The notes under the pieces were generated by a model. The model saw only the letters and a list, made by a program, of their open reading frames with translations, was not told where the DNA came from and made no database searches. The position numbers were made by a program, and so were the translations under genes. Positions 37,596 to 38,036 of a stretch of 38,036 nt of DNA are shown here, piece after piece. This DNA comes from an uncultured Phycisphaeraceae bacterium (lineage in GTDB: Bacteria; Planctomycetota; B15-G4; JADJEK01): contig CAZYQW010000109.1 in the NCBI GenBank assembly GCA_964649825.1, forward strand, positions 1 through 38,036, in the 5' to 3' direction. How positions within the stretch are numbered: the first letter of the stretch is position 1; each line of letters begins with the position of its first letter.

Positions 37596-37729
37596 GGACG
37601 GACGGTCGCCGTGTTCGGCCGAGGATGGGTGATGCGGTAGCACCACTTGCTCTTAGGAAGGGAGAGGAACTTGGCGCGCGAATACGACGGTGACCGGGGG
37701 CGACGCCCGCGCCGCGTGGCCGCGGCCAC

Positions 37730-37827
37730 GAGTCTGGGCGTCGATTCCTGACGACGCGGACAGGAGGAGCGACGTGGTACGCGGGAGCGGGGACGAAGAT
37801 CTCTCCAGAGTGATACCGCGTGGAACG
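37730..37827. repeat. Copy B of the ~98-bp direct repeat
   Basis: gagtctgggcgtcgattcctgacgacgcggacaggaggagcgacgtggtacgcgggagcggggacgaagatctctccagagtgataccgcgtggaacgg. Confidence 0.8.
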
Positions 37828-38036
37828 GTGTCGCGCGGTCGCGGGCCGCGCGGCTCGATGCCAGGAAAGTCGAGGTTGTTCGACGCGGCGACTTGACCTT
37901 GGTTCGACCTGGGCTAATAGATGCCCTAATGCTGAACCGACCTTCGACGACCATGCGCAAGCGACCGGGGCCCAAGCCGAAGCGAGGGTCGGGGGTGTCG
38001 CATCACGCGCGGGAGGCGATCGACGGGCGGACTATC

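Overview
This is a high-GC (~70%) bacterial chromosomal window with dense coding on both strands. The STK+ECF-sigma pairs, nrfHA and the selenoprotein suggest a Myxococcota/Deltaproteobacteria-like Gram-negative organism.

Gene content, in order:
- A transmembrane Ser/Thr kinase with a C-terminal FGE-sulfatase domain, followed by an ECF sigma factor.
- An orphan poly-Glu ORF with no stop codon, then ftsH.
- An nrfH-nrfA cytochrome c nitrite reductase (DNRA) operon.
- A small membrane protein, convergent with galK.
- A tRNA cluster (His, Arg, Lys).
- A minus-strand operon of OmpR-type response regulator, sensor histidine kinase and prmA.
- tRNA-Leu.
- A divergent phosphoketolase (xfp) / acetate kinase (ackA) pair.
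- An SLC13-type permease.
- A hypothetical PP-loop-like protein, a LOG-family protein and a secreted HExxH putative metallopeptidase.
- A flotillin/NfeD operon.
- A lower-GC secreted protein.
- An AhpD/CMD-family gene split by an in-frame TGA.
- A secreted EEP nuclease/phosphatase.
- An ankyrin-repeat protein, a thioredoxin-like/HEAT protein and a hypothetical protein.
- A second ECF sigma + Ser/Thr kinase (TPR) pair.

The most notable item is the AhpD/CMD gene. Its TGA sits exactly at the conserved second Cys of the NxCxYC(x3)H motif and a SECIS-like hairpin follows 12 nt downstream, so it is very likely a selenoprotein.

I found no CRISPR array, rRNA or obvious transposon. The many long antisense ORFs are GC artefacts. 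tRNA and SECIS coordinates were read by hand and may be off by 1-2 nt.
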